NCBI RefSeq assembly: GCF_964204645.1
Contig: NC_134033.1
Coordinates: forward strand, 8,936,655 to 9,000,654
From: Tubulanus polymorphus
Lineage: Eukaryota; Animalia; Nemertea
Direction of reading: 5' to 3'
Length of the DNA stretch: 64,000 nucleotides
The translations under genes were made by a program, and so were the position numbers. Each line of letters opens with the position of its first letter. The stretch's first letter is position 1. Of the stretch, positions 37,603 through 49,903 are shown one piece after another. A model generated the notes under the pieces. It made no database searches. It worked only from the letters and a program-made list of their open reading frames with translations, and had not been told where the DNA came from.

Positions 37603-39535
37603 AATTTTTGGCACTAAAATTTGTATTTCCGAGTAGTACTTACCCTTTCCTATGGTTTTTGCCAATATTTTCTAAATTTGGATTGATCGCCAATGGTTTT
37701 TCTATACGACCCGGCCCAGCGGTATTGCATTTAGCCACCGGCGAAATCCGCCATCTTTTTACGTCATAGCAGACCCAAAAAATGCAGCTATGCGGGGCAG
37801 GTGGGCGGGATTCCCACCATAGGAAAGGGTAAGTACTACTCGGGAAATACAAATTTTAGTTCCAAAAATAATATTTCCGTCGAGTACTGTACCCTTTCCT
37901 ATGGTTTTTGCTAGACTAGCCTAGCACAAGGATGGTGAGAAAGGTAGATAGAAAAACCACCGCTCAAACGCAAGGTAAGAGGGAAAAAGAGAGCACTTAC
38001 CCAAGCACGGAATGGAGCACTGTAGCACAGGGAAGACCGGTTGGCCACAGTGAGTCCGTCCAGCTCAGGGGCCCCCCCCCCGGAATTTTGCGAAATTAAT
38101 ACTTGCAGATATGAGCCCAAACTATGTACAAGGATACACCTCCTGTGATCCTGATGATGCAACATAAATATTCTACACTAAAGGGTCCGATCGGAAAGAA
38201 CGGACACCTTGAGCCATGACAACAGGACCAAGTGAAGTTAATGAGCCTTACTGGCCTGAAACATCCCGTAAATAAAATGACGTGAATGTCGATGGAGAAT
38301 TCCAAAAGGCGGCCCGACAGACTTCCTCCAACGGAGCACCCGAAAAGGCTACGCAGGAAGTAGCCATAGACCTCACTTGATGAGAAACCACTCCCTCCGA
38401 GGAAAGATTCTCCTTCAATAAAATGTCCTTGATCAGTGAAAAGACCCATCGGGCCACTGTGTCCTGTGAAATATCACCCTTTAGGTGATCCAGCAGCGGA
38501 ATAAATAAACGCTCCCGTGAACCCCTCCGTGGAGCAGAGCGATCTAAATAGAAACACAACGCCCGCACAGGACATAAAGTCCTGTCCAGAGTCCTGTCGC
38601 TCGTTGGTTCTTTGCCAAAAATTCCAAAGCAGGCCGCAGCGAAACAAATTCTTTCGCTGGCCCAAAGACAATATGACCTTGTCGGACTAAAAGCGCATGA
38701 ATCTCAGAGCGACGGGCCGAGCAAGCCAAGAACAGCAAAAATACAGTCTTCTTCGACAAATTTGCAAATGACGCTGCCGAAAGAGGTTCAAATGGAGCCT
38801 CCATTAACTTCTTCAAAATTACAGACAGATCCCATGGTGGAACTGTCCTTGGTACCCGAGGCCAGGAAATAGAAAACCCTGCAACAAGCTGGGATATCCG
38901 ATGATCCCCTGCTACATTTGGCCATCCAGAAGCACGCAATGTATGAGAAATCGTGGAGCGGTAACCTTTAATAGTTATGACCTGCAACCCTTTTACTACA
39001 AATAGGTGCAGTAAAAAATCTGCCAATTGAGCTACAGAGGGTGAGCATGGATCAATTTCCCCTGCAGCACACCAATCCGCAAAATGACTCCATTTGGCAT
39101 CGGAAATGGATCCTGCGATAGAGGAGGCAGCCTGTTCTGAAAAGCCTGAAGCTGACAAGGATCGCTGGACAATGGCCAGGCGAGCAAATTTAACCACTGG
39201 CTGTTTGGATGATGCCGAAAGTTCCCCGGAGACAGAAGCGATGGGAAATTCGGAAGAATCCTGGGGTTGTCGCACAGTAGGTTGAGAAGTGGTAGGAGCC
39301 ATTTCTGAGCCGGCCAACATGGTGCTACCAGAACTATGTTGCAATTGACTGATCTCTCCAGTAAGCGCGGCAGGACTGGTGTGGGCGGGAACGCATACGC
39401 ATGCATCCCCGACCAGTCCAGAGAGAAGGCATAGACCCCCCACGCTTCCGCGTCTGGAAACGGGGACACAAACAGAGGACACTTCCGATTGAACCGGGTG
39501 GCAAACAGATCCAGCAGCGGATTAGGGGACTGGGG
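37603..39535 (-). mobile_element. 5'-truncated DIRS retrotransposon (MT-like domain, tyrosine recombinase, ICR and right terminus)
   Basis: DLFATRFN...AFSLDWS...YAFPP...LVAPCWP (MT). PPWDL...FEPL...ACSARRSEIHAL and HQVRSMATS...AAFWNS.STFTSFY (YR). Inverted-repeat module at 37605-37910. Confidence 0.9.
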
Positions 39536-40047
39536 ATCGGAATGGTTTTATTGTAGACGTGGACCAAGTTAGTGCAAGCTTTTGGGTAGTTGTTATTTGA
39601 ATATTGTAGTGGTTTAACGGAATCTATCATCATGTTGATAATTGCTAGATTACTTATCGGATTGTGTTGAAATGATTTTGCATAGAGACATTTACAATTG
39701 AAAGAAAAAACGTGACTAACTCGAGTGACTTCAGGTGAAGAGAAGCAAACACGGAAATAGATAGGAGCCATGATTTTTCTTTTTAAAATAATAAAAACGT
39801 TAAGCAAGAATAAGTTGCATTTCCTTCAAATGACAATCCACTACGATCATCCGATAAAGTTTATTGCCACCATAGACTACCACCCCCTGGCTGTTTGGAG
39901 ACAGGGAACCAGTCTTCAATTCAATTCAGAATTTATTTTAAAGAAAAGCGGTTTTTAAGTTTTAGATATTCAAACTGAAAAATATAAATGTTCGTACAGA
40001 GATTTTACAAATGGCAGCTAACGCAAGCACCTAATGAAAGTAAAAGA

Positions 40048-40982
40048 AGGTACCAATATAATAAGGCAATACTAGGTTATTCTACTATTCAAACGCCCCT
40101 TGGTGACCATATAGAATAACTGATTTCCTTAAAACTCACCACAATCATAGACGATGTCATGAGCTACAACTTTGCAATTGATTGTGGTAACAAAATATGT
40201 ATTGGTACAAATATATTATAGAAATACTAAGATATTGTATTATCAAACGCCCCTTGGTGGCCATATACAGAAACCAATGAACTTGAAACTCACCACAATC
40301 ATAGAACACGTTATAAGCTACAACTTTCGTATTCATTGTTGTAACAAAGTATGCTTAGGTATCAATATGATGTGGAAAAACTTTTTCCCACCTACGAATG
40401 AGTACTAATGACACCAAGATGGCCGCCAATTGCGTCATAATTGGTTGATCCAAAAAAATCTGTCTCAGGTATAAAACATCCTTGTCCAAAGAATACCCAT
40501 CACAAATTGCAATGAGAAATGGCAAACCAGTAGAAAGCTACAGGACTCAGAATTCGGGCCAAAATTAACATTTTTGGGCACTTAAAAGGTCATGGGATGA
40601 CCATCTTGAGTCCGATCGACCCAATTTTTGTTATGCTGATGGGCCCTGAAGGGGTTCAAATATATACAAAAGATCAAGGTAATTGATCAAGGTGTCTTCA
40701 AAATTTCCCTCAAAAAGTTCAAAAACGTGTCCAAAGTGCTGATTTTGGCGAACAACAATGGCTGCCAGTCGGCCATCTCGATTCTGACAGGGCCAGTTTT
40801 TGGGCTGAAGATGTGTCTAGGGTAGATACATGTATAAACCAAATATCAAGACATTACCTTGAAGCGTCTTCAAAACTTCCCAAAATAACTGGATTCTGTC
40901 TACGGACGGACGAACGGAAGGACGACGGACGAAAAGTGAACGCAATAGCCCGCTGGGACTTAAGTCCCAAGTGGGCTAAAAA
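40048..40982 (-). mobile_element. HINE family A, copy 3 (truncated)
   Basis: Aligns to 20237-21169. Confidence 0.85.
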
Positions 40983-41597
40983 CCAATGAACTTGAAACTC
41001 AACACAATCATAGAACACGTTATATAATATAAGCTACAACTATCCAATTCATTGTCGTGACAAAATATGCTTAGGTATCAAAATAATGTGGAAAAACTTT
41101 TTCCCATCTACGAATGAGTACTGATGACACCAAGATGGCTGCCAATTGCACCATAATTGGCTGATCAAAAATACCTCAGGTTTTAAAACATCCTTTTCCA
41201 AAGAATACCCATCACAAATTGCAATGAGAAATGGCAAACCAGTAGGAAGCTACAGGACTCTGCATTCAGGCCAAAATTTAGATTTTTGGGCACTTAAAAG
41301 GTCATAGGACAGCCACCTTTAGTCCGATCGACCCAATTTTTTCTTATGCTGATGAGCCCTTGGGGAATTCAAATATATAGGAAAGATCAAGGTAATTGAC
41401 TCAAAAAGTTCAAAAATGTGTAAAAAGTGCTGATTTTGGCGAACAACTGATATTAGGCTGACGATGTGTCTAGGGTAGAAACATGTGTAACCCAAATATA
41501 AATACATTACATTGAAGCGTCTTCAAAACTTCCAAAATAACTGGATTCCGTCTACGGACAATAGCCCGCTGGACTAAAGTCCCAAGTGGGCTTAAAA
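40983..41597 (-). mobile_element. HINE family A, copy 4 (truncated, directly abutting copy 3)
   Basis: Aligns to 20460-21169 with internal deletions. Confidence 0.8.
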
Positions 41598-42622
41598 GGC
41601 CTAATGAATGGCGACTCTTCGTAGTCACGTATGTCAAACTGACCGCCTGTGTGCGTGTGAAGCGGACCATTGCCATAATTTCTAATGCTGTGAACGTCCC
41701 TAGATTCTCAGAGGGCCTCTCTCCTCTGCACTCACATGGAATTAAGTTAATTCACCATATGTTGACACTCACCTTTAGACTGCGTACAGTCTTCTTAAGT
41801 TAACATCTATGATACAACGATTTTAAGAATGGCGCTTCTGTCAATCACTATACCCTATGTCATAGGCAACATGTGATGTGTGGTGTCACGTAACCGGTAT
41901 GAAGAGCATTTTTTCAGGAGGGCACAGCAAAAACTACCCAACTATTCTTAACCAACTTGAATCCCAACTTAAAGGGACCATTTCTGATGCGGAATTTGAG
42001 GACATTTCTAACTTACTGGCTTTAAAATGACCTTAAACGTCTTTAAACCAAATCGGAAGTGTGTCATCAACCGGCAAAACCATCACATAAGGACGTTCGT
42101 CTAATGAACGTCCTAAAAAATCTAGAGGTCCAGCGACACCATGCCCACTAGGTGAAATGCTTGACAAAATGACTATTTTCAATACATCAGTGTACAGAGT
42201 CGAAACTTTTAGCAAACTTTAACATGAAACACATCATCTTGTAATGGAACAAAACTCAAATGAAGGAAAAAATACCTACATTTTTATAGCAGTTCAAACA
42301 TAGGATAATAATAAAATGCTTAAGTTTAATCATAATGTTAATGCAGTTCACAATTTTCGCTTCCTGCAACAACCTTGGACAAATTTCTAGTATCTTTCTT
42401 TTCTTACTTTTGAATCTTGATCCCAGTTAAACAACTGCTCACAACGATGAAGAAACCGAATGCCCTCAAATTTGAATCAAATACACTTCTCAACAGATGG
42501 TACTTGACCTCCAGACATAACACCTGTAACAAGATAAGATAATCATTAATTTAGGACCTTGTACATCACAGCAATCCTGTGACACATTTTCCCAAAGCTT
42601 TATTCACATGATTTAGATACTA

Positions 42623-43252
42623 CAGTAAACTCCGCCTAAGTCGGATCAATTTGTACGAGATAATTTCGTCCGACAAAGCCGGAATCCGACTTGAAAGACC
42701 GATCTTTTTAAATATTTTGGAACTCATCTATGGTTACTAATATAAGGTTGATTCGCTGCAAAAGCTTGTTATATGCAGAAAAAAACGTAAATAAATAATC
42801 AAATGTGTACTATTTGAATAAGTTACCTCAGCTTTTGGCACAGGGGCTCGTATTTGAAGTTTGGGGGTGATCTTTTTATATATTCAGTACCTTGGACCGC
42901 TGGTTATTGGATGTTTGCGGCTTGTATCATCTGTCTGACATTAGATCAATTGGCCCAATCTAAATCTGTGGCTGGGGAATCCCCTCGTCAGCATTCACAT
43001 GCCGGGTGCGACCTCACATGCTAGCAGTCGTTCATATGCTGCTGTCAGCTTTATTTATCATTCACTCGCAGAATTCATTTACTGTTTGTATTATATGCCT
43101 TTCGCGAGATAGGTGATTATCCGACTTGACCGGCTACGGCTTAGGGGAATACGAAAGCATTACTTTATGTAGGAAACTGGAATTTTATCTATATTGCACA
43201 GAGTTGAGCGGTTATACGACTCGGCCGGATCCGACTCAGGCAGAGTTTACTG
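42623..43252. mobile_element. Tc1/mariner (pogo-like) MITE
   Basis: TA TSD. TIRs CAGTAAACTCCGCCTAAGTCGGATC / GATCCGACTCAGGCAGAGTTTACTG. Confidence 0.8.
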
Positions 43253-43449
43253 TATTACTCTACCGTTAAAGCTACTATTTAAAGACGCTCTTACTGTACG
43301 GACGTACTTTTGGCGTGCTCTTCAATTGACTCAGTACGGCTCTATACCAGGCGAAGACATTCAAATACAACAACACAATTGCTAAGGACTTCGGAAACTT
43401 TTTACTGATCCCTAAAGTTAGGGCCAAGGAAGATTAAATCAAAAATTAA

Positions 43450-44851
43450 CTATCATTTCAGTAACTACCACAAAATTTAATGCATCGATCTTTTGACATG
43501 TCGCTTTTTGAGATTATTAGACCAATTCCTGAATTAGTTGAGGTAAATTTACATTGATCATATCTCACTTTGATGTTCTCAGACACTGCACCAGTTTGCT
43601 ATATAAATTACCACACAATTTCAATGCATTTATCTTTGATGATTTAGTGTATGCCCTAATAGCTTACTTTGATGTTTTGAAATATTAATCTAGTTAATCA
43701 TTTACCACTATTAAAATTATCCATTGACCACTTGCATGTCACTTCTTGAGAAAATCATACCCTAATCGCTTACTTTGATGTTTTGAAAAATTAGGTACCA
43801 CTAAGTTTATTAATTACCACTTGCATGTCACTTCTTGAGATAGTTAGGACTTAGCTAAACAGTATATATATCTGGAATTCTAGTGTAAGGTACACTTGAA
43901 ATTTATCCACGATGGAAGTAATACAAACCAATAAAAGAGGGTGAAAACTGATTTATGAAGGATTCATGTATACCAAACATTCTGAAACTGCGTCATCTGT
44001 ACACTGGAGATGCACAAAAAGGAGCAGTCAGGCCCAGTCAGGCCTGTACCGCTCGACTACGAACACCAATTAACTTAGAGAAGAATTAGTTTTGGTGACA
44101 GATCACAACCATGCTCCAAGTATTGGTGAAATCAAAGTTTCTAAAGCCAAACAGTCAATGAAAGCAAGAGCAACTACTACTGCTGCTAAACCAAGTACTG
44201 TATATGCAGAAGAAGTTTTACACGATGATCATGAACGATTACGAAATCTGTGCACTGACTATGATGCTGGCAATCGTAATATGGATGATTTCCTCCGCGG
44301 TGTTGCACACAACATTCACTTTTGAACTTGAGTTATCAATAATATGTATTTTAAATAATGAATATTAAATCTGAACTCTGAACTATTGTAATTGTTTAAA
44401 CTGTGTTTCAAAAAAGTAAGTGTTTAAACTGTGCCTCAAAAAAGTAAGTAATTTTAATCGTTTAAACTGTGCCTCATTAAAAGTAAGTAATGTCATGAAA
44501 TTGTCTGAACTCATTATATGTATTTAAATGTTTAAATTCTATAGCATGCTTCATGAAAAATAAGTAAAAAAATTAGTAAAAAATGAATGAAAAGTAAACT
44601 TGAATGAAATGTATGTCATCAGATATCTGAACTCATTATATGTATTTTAATTGTTTAAAGCCTCATGAAAATAAATGATGTCATTAAAATTGAAAGCTTA
44701 ATGTTTTTATTAACATTGTCAGTAGTTAGTTTCATCTCTAATTCTCATAAATTCATCTCTAATTCTCATAAATCTTCCTTGGCCTTTTTTTCCGTGGCCA
44801 TTTTTCCTAGGCAAATACCTTGGCCATTTTTTCCTGGCCATTTTTTCCTTG
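43450..44851 (+). mobile_element. Internally deleted MULE (FLYWCH-type) with a modular right TIR
   Basis: KLIYEGFMY...HWRC...C.ARL...HNH (FLYWCH, 43912-44115) is fused to the C-terminus ERLRNL...FLRGVAHNI. (GGCCATTTTTTCCT)n ends in CGTTCACC. The left end is not resolved. Confidence 0.7.
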
Positions 44852-45165
44852 GCCATTTTATCCGTTCACCCCTTACGGAATCCTATCGCCCGACGATAGG
44901 AAAAACAACATTTCAGAACGGTGAGAAACGTGTACTGGAGGTAGCTATTACATGACCTATCCCACGGAATATAACTCTAGATTCAAAACGTTATGGCTTA
45001 CTTCTTGTAAGGGTCTGTTATAACGGTCAGCCTGAACATTGTGTGATATGTGGACAATTTAATCACACCTGGGTTGAGTGCAACGTTGTATGTACTCATC
45101 CAACCCATACACCCGATCGATGCCGTCAAATCCATTTCTGACAGACTGTTTCTTTAACGTTGATG

Positions 45166-46310
45166 AAATAAATTGCCCATGGGCAAAGTGTGGTTTACCT
45201 TGAAAGCTAGAGGTTGTTTGGGGTAAGGGCATTGCTTGAAAAATCTTTTTAATTGATGACTTAAAAGTTCTACAAGTTTAAATATTGTATTTTATCTTTC
45301 TTAAAGGATTATTTTGTAGTCAAATAAGACTAAAGATACACATTTGTTTAGGTCCACATCCAAAATTTCATAGGGTACAGGTAGGCGCGGCATGGAAACT
45401 ATCTTATATTTTTGAAGAAATATTTTTCATAATATGAAAAAAATATTCAAATAAAATTCATTTGATGTCACATATCAGAGGGTGGCTGAATGTATGGCCA
45501 CGGAAGCTAAAATACCGGTGCAGTAAGAAATCAGCGTATTAGATCGTTTTAAATCCTGGAATTTACCACTACAATATTCAGACCTCGACCTATACCTATA
45601 GTTTGCTGCTTAGTATTTTCAGGTAACAAGAAATTACAATTTAGTACAAATTCTATCAATCAGAAAACACGGCGCTCTTCTGCTGATGAAATGCCAAACG
45701 CTCCAGCAAGCAGCGTTACAGTATCACTATAGTAGTGTATACTGTACGAGCGTGTGTTTGTGTGTGCAACATTCTATAGCACTCTGCGCGCACATGGAGG
45801 CGTCATGTAGTGAACGTTCGCTTACACTTCAATGTCAATCAAAACAATCACCGGGTATTAAAATGAAACAATACCTATGGCGGATAATAATAACATTCTC
45901 ACCAGCAATGAGCATTTGAAATTCGCACGTATACGGCACCTAGTCCAATGAAACATTCGCCATTCTATGGCTTTCCCATAATTATTTTAGTACGGTAGCG
46001 CCGGAATTCCCTGTATATCCCAAAAACAGCCAATCACATTCGCTCGTAGAGACAACGCCTCCCAATCGAGGTCATTGCAATTTTATACGCGAGAGCTAAG
46101 AATTTTCCAGCCAAAAACAGTTTTTGATAGAATTGTAACTCAGTTGACCATGTCATCGACGGAGGTTCGCCATGTCTTCAATCGCATTGATTATACGTCG
46201 TTTAAGCCAAGAACCAATGAAACAAATGCTCACATAAAAAAACGTATCGTGATTTTACATGAATTGGCTCAATGCTAACTTCATATAGCTGACAAAGGTA
46301 AACCAAAAAA
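45166..46310 (-). mobile_element. HINE family B, copy 3 (uninterrupted)
   Basis: Both termini are present. Confidence 0.85.
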
Positions 46311-47062
46311 GAAACCCAACACCGGCTGAAGCATTTGAGCACAAAGATGAGGTGTCGACAGAAATGGCCGTTGTCACTGATGAGTCGAGGAAGAGGCCAT
46401 CATTTCTAACTGAATTTGCTCAAACATCGAAGAAGCGAAGAAGTCGCATAAATCAAAGATGCCTTCGGAGGATGGGAAGTCCGCGATAATCGACCAAGAG
46501 AAGCCAGCCCAAACGAAAGACGAAGAATCTGACACGGTCGATGCGAGAGAAACTGCTGCACAGCCAACAAATTCAAGCACTGCACCACCCGCACCAGTCC
46601 GACCACAGAAAACAAGTCAACCAAAAAGTCAACCAAAACCAAAGACTAAAAGATCAAATTGAGGTGCTGTAGTATTTTCACTAATATCTTATGTAGGTAA
46701 ATAACACATACAATGGCAGATGTGTTAGAATGTATTAGATTACCATCATTAAATTGCAACGGCTTAGTTTACTCGAATGCTCAAATTTTTGGCATTTTTG
46801 AAAGACTTGAAAACTATGATATAATTTTACTTCAAGAAACCCACATATCGAATGATTATGAAATTCAAAAGATATTTAAGCCCTTGAGGAATGATTTTGA
46901 GATTATATCTAATATTACAAACAAAAGGAAATGTGAGGTAACCATAGGTATTCGAAAATCTTTAGAATATACAATTTTAGATGAGGAAGATTGATATCCT
47001 TGAAAATATCCTTGTTCAACCAAATTTACAATATCGTTAACGTATATGCCCCAAATGAATGT

Positions 47063-47866
47063 AGGTAAAAATCCCCCCGGTAAATATCCCCCCGGTAAAT
47101 ATCCCCCTGGTAAAAATCCCCCCAGGTAAAAATCCCCCCCGGTAAAAATCCCCCTAGGTAAAAATCCCCCCTGGTAAAAATCCCCCCCATATCCACTTTT
47201 CTATAAAACTAGAGTAGAAAAAATTAACTTTTTACAACATTATTTAGGAATACATAAGTACATTAGATATTTTATTTTTACTTTTAAACCATAGTTTTTA
47301 TAGAAAATTTCAAAATAAGTATTTTGTAATTACAGTACAGTACAGTACAGTAATTATTCTTAAATTATCTTAGGGGTAATCACTCCAGTGCCCAAAAAAT
47401 CAAAGAAGTTAATAAATGTAAATCAAATGGGTTGGCTCCGTGACTAAATAACTGTTAAGTAATAATTATTCATTTTCAACAGTGGCCAATCTTTAATCAG
47501 CAAGTAGGCTAATTTAAATGACTGAATTCAATCAACTGACTCGTACCCCTAGAATAAGTATTTTGTCTCTACACATTTTATTCTTTATTAAACTTTGGTA
47601 ACCGTATTTAATGGATGGAATTACTATACTAGAGTTAAATAAAGCAATAAAGTGCAATAAAATTTCGAATCTATATTTTTTTAAACATAATAGCTGTTGA
47701 AAATTTTAGTGAAATCGATTATGGGGGGATTTTTACCAGGGGGGATTTTTACCTAGGGGGGATTTTTACCGGGGGGGATTATTACCTAGGGGGGATATTT
47801 ACCGGGGGGATTTTTACCGGGGGGATATTAAACGGGGGTATTTTTACTGGGGGGAATTTTTACCTG
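47063..47866. mobile_element. Foldback-type MITE with modular TIRs
   Basis: (GGTAAAAATCCCCCC)n at 47063-47190 and its reverse complement at 47722-47866. Confidence 0.8.
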
Positions 47867-49738
47867 TTACTCGTATTCGTATATTGCGATCATCATCCGT
47901 TTTATTGCCATGCTTTGAACCGTGTTTAAACGGCACTTAGAGTTTCAGCATGATAGAATAAAATCGAATTCGCAAAAATGTATAAACCTGACAGAGGATC
48001 GAATTGGTCAAATGAAGAATGTCTTGCTCTACTTGGAATCTGGAAGCAAGACTTCATCCAGGCGCAATTAATTATTTAGCAGATGGCGACATCTAGTGGG
48101 CCCGGTGACAAGCGATTTTATAACCGCGTGTCAAAACGCCGTGTGAACGCTCACCAAAATTTGGTCCGGTTTAAATTTGGACCGGACCAGGTATGGACCC
48201 ATTTAGACCGGACCAACTAGTTGTCGTGTGAACGCGGCTTTAGACTTAAATTGGAAGAAATCCATGAAAATTTATTGGATTCATTTCGGAATGAGAATAG
48301 TGATGATTTAAACTGGAATCCGAAAAAAAATAAAATTCAAAATATCATAAATCTTTGGCGCCAAACTAAATTATCTTTACATGGCAAAATGGTCGTCATA
48401 AACTCTTTCATATTACCTATGTTAAGGTACACTTCCGAAATTTTTCCAATCCCAGATAAATATATCAAAATCTTTGAACCAAAAATCATCAATTTCCTAT
48501 GGGACAATGGGAAACGCCTTGTCGTTAAGTCATAATACACAAAAAAATCGAACACCGAGGTCTCGACTTACGCAGCATCAAATACAGACAACAAACACAG
48601 GCAAGACGATAATTAACCACGCGTTAAAACCTACACACTGGAAACCACTTATCAACTACAATCTGCAAAAATACCTAGGCCCAGGCTGGAATATTTCAAA
48701 CATCATTCACAATGAAATATAAACAAGAAAATTAATTTTAGTAAATTATTTGATGCCTGCGAAAAAAATGTAGAATTTCTGGGCTAAGCTAATGTGGAAT
48801 TGCAAATTTGAAATCGAAGTTTTAAGAAATTTGGGGAATGATGAGATTTGGCGATTGGGTAGATGATACAGGTCTTCGACTCTAGTAGTGGTTTAAATTT
48901 TTTTATTGAAAATTCTCAATAATTGATCGCGAACTTGCGACCGACTTTATTTACTTATGCCTCTAAGCTGGTCTGCAACTTCATTGCCTCCATGGTTGAA
49001 GAAAGAGCTCTTCTGATGTCTGCTTCATCATGACTTCGAGCATATCGTGTGGCCTAGCCAGCCGGCCCGGTCCCCGGGCCACGGGTTTGGCTGTCACTCG
49101 ATATCCTAGAGTCTTGAGTCTGGGTGGGTTGAAGTAGACATTGTCATTTAAAATAACATGCTTACGTTGTTCTGTATGAATTACCCGTGTGTCATGTATG
49201 TTGTATTAATTTATTTTAAAATTTGTATTTTTGGGAAATTTATCCCGGAATTTCAATGTAATAAGGATCAATAAAGAATTGAATTGAATTGTCACCTAAT
49301 ACACATGCCATCAGAGGACGCGGAGCCGTATATGACAGCTATGCTATTATAAATTGCTAATCTCACGAAACCTGCATACTCCTAATATCAAACATATTTT
49401 CTAAAACGTTTGAATATTGAAATTATATGTTTACACATTTTTATATAGACCGCTTGTAGCCGCCGATGAAATTCACGCCGGCCCTACTCAGACCGTAGAT
49501 AGCTTCGTCATTCCACTAGCATCGCCATGACAGGGTCTGACTTTTATATCAGACTTCCAAATCGTGTATACATCTGCCATTTAACCGAATAATCTGATTT
49601 ACTTATCATTTCTATTTATGCCTGCCGCTCCTGATATAATCATACATCCTTTACTATTACAATACGTCTTCTCATGATATTCAATGCAATATAACATTCC
49701 GACGTTCAAATAGAGGTCATTATATAATCACAGGGAGC

Positions 49739-49903
49739 CATTCTACATCTTTATCAATAATATTTTGCCAAACAGCTTGTATGTGTACACATAAACCTGT
49801 GACGTTTTGCACATCGATTTACGGTTGTCGTTTGTAAAATGACGCTGAATGGTTAGCATTGTTTAGGTTTCATAATGGTAACGTTTTATAAGGCGTCAAA
49901 AAA
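49739..49903 (-). repeat. ~165-bp interspersed repeat, copy 3
   Basis: Same boundaries as 11141-11304. Confidence 0.8.
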
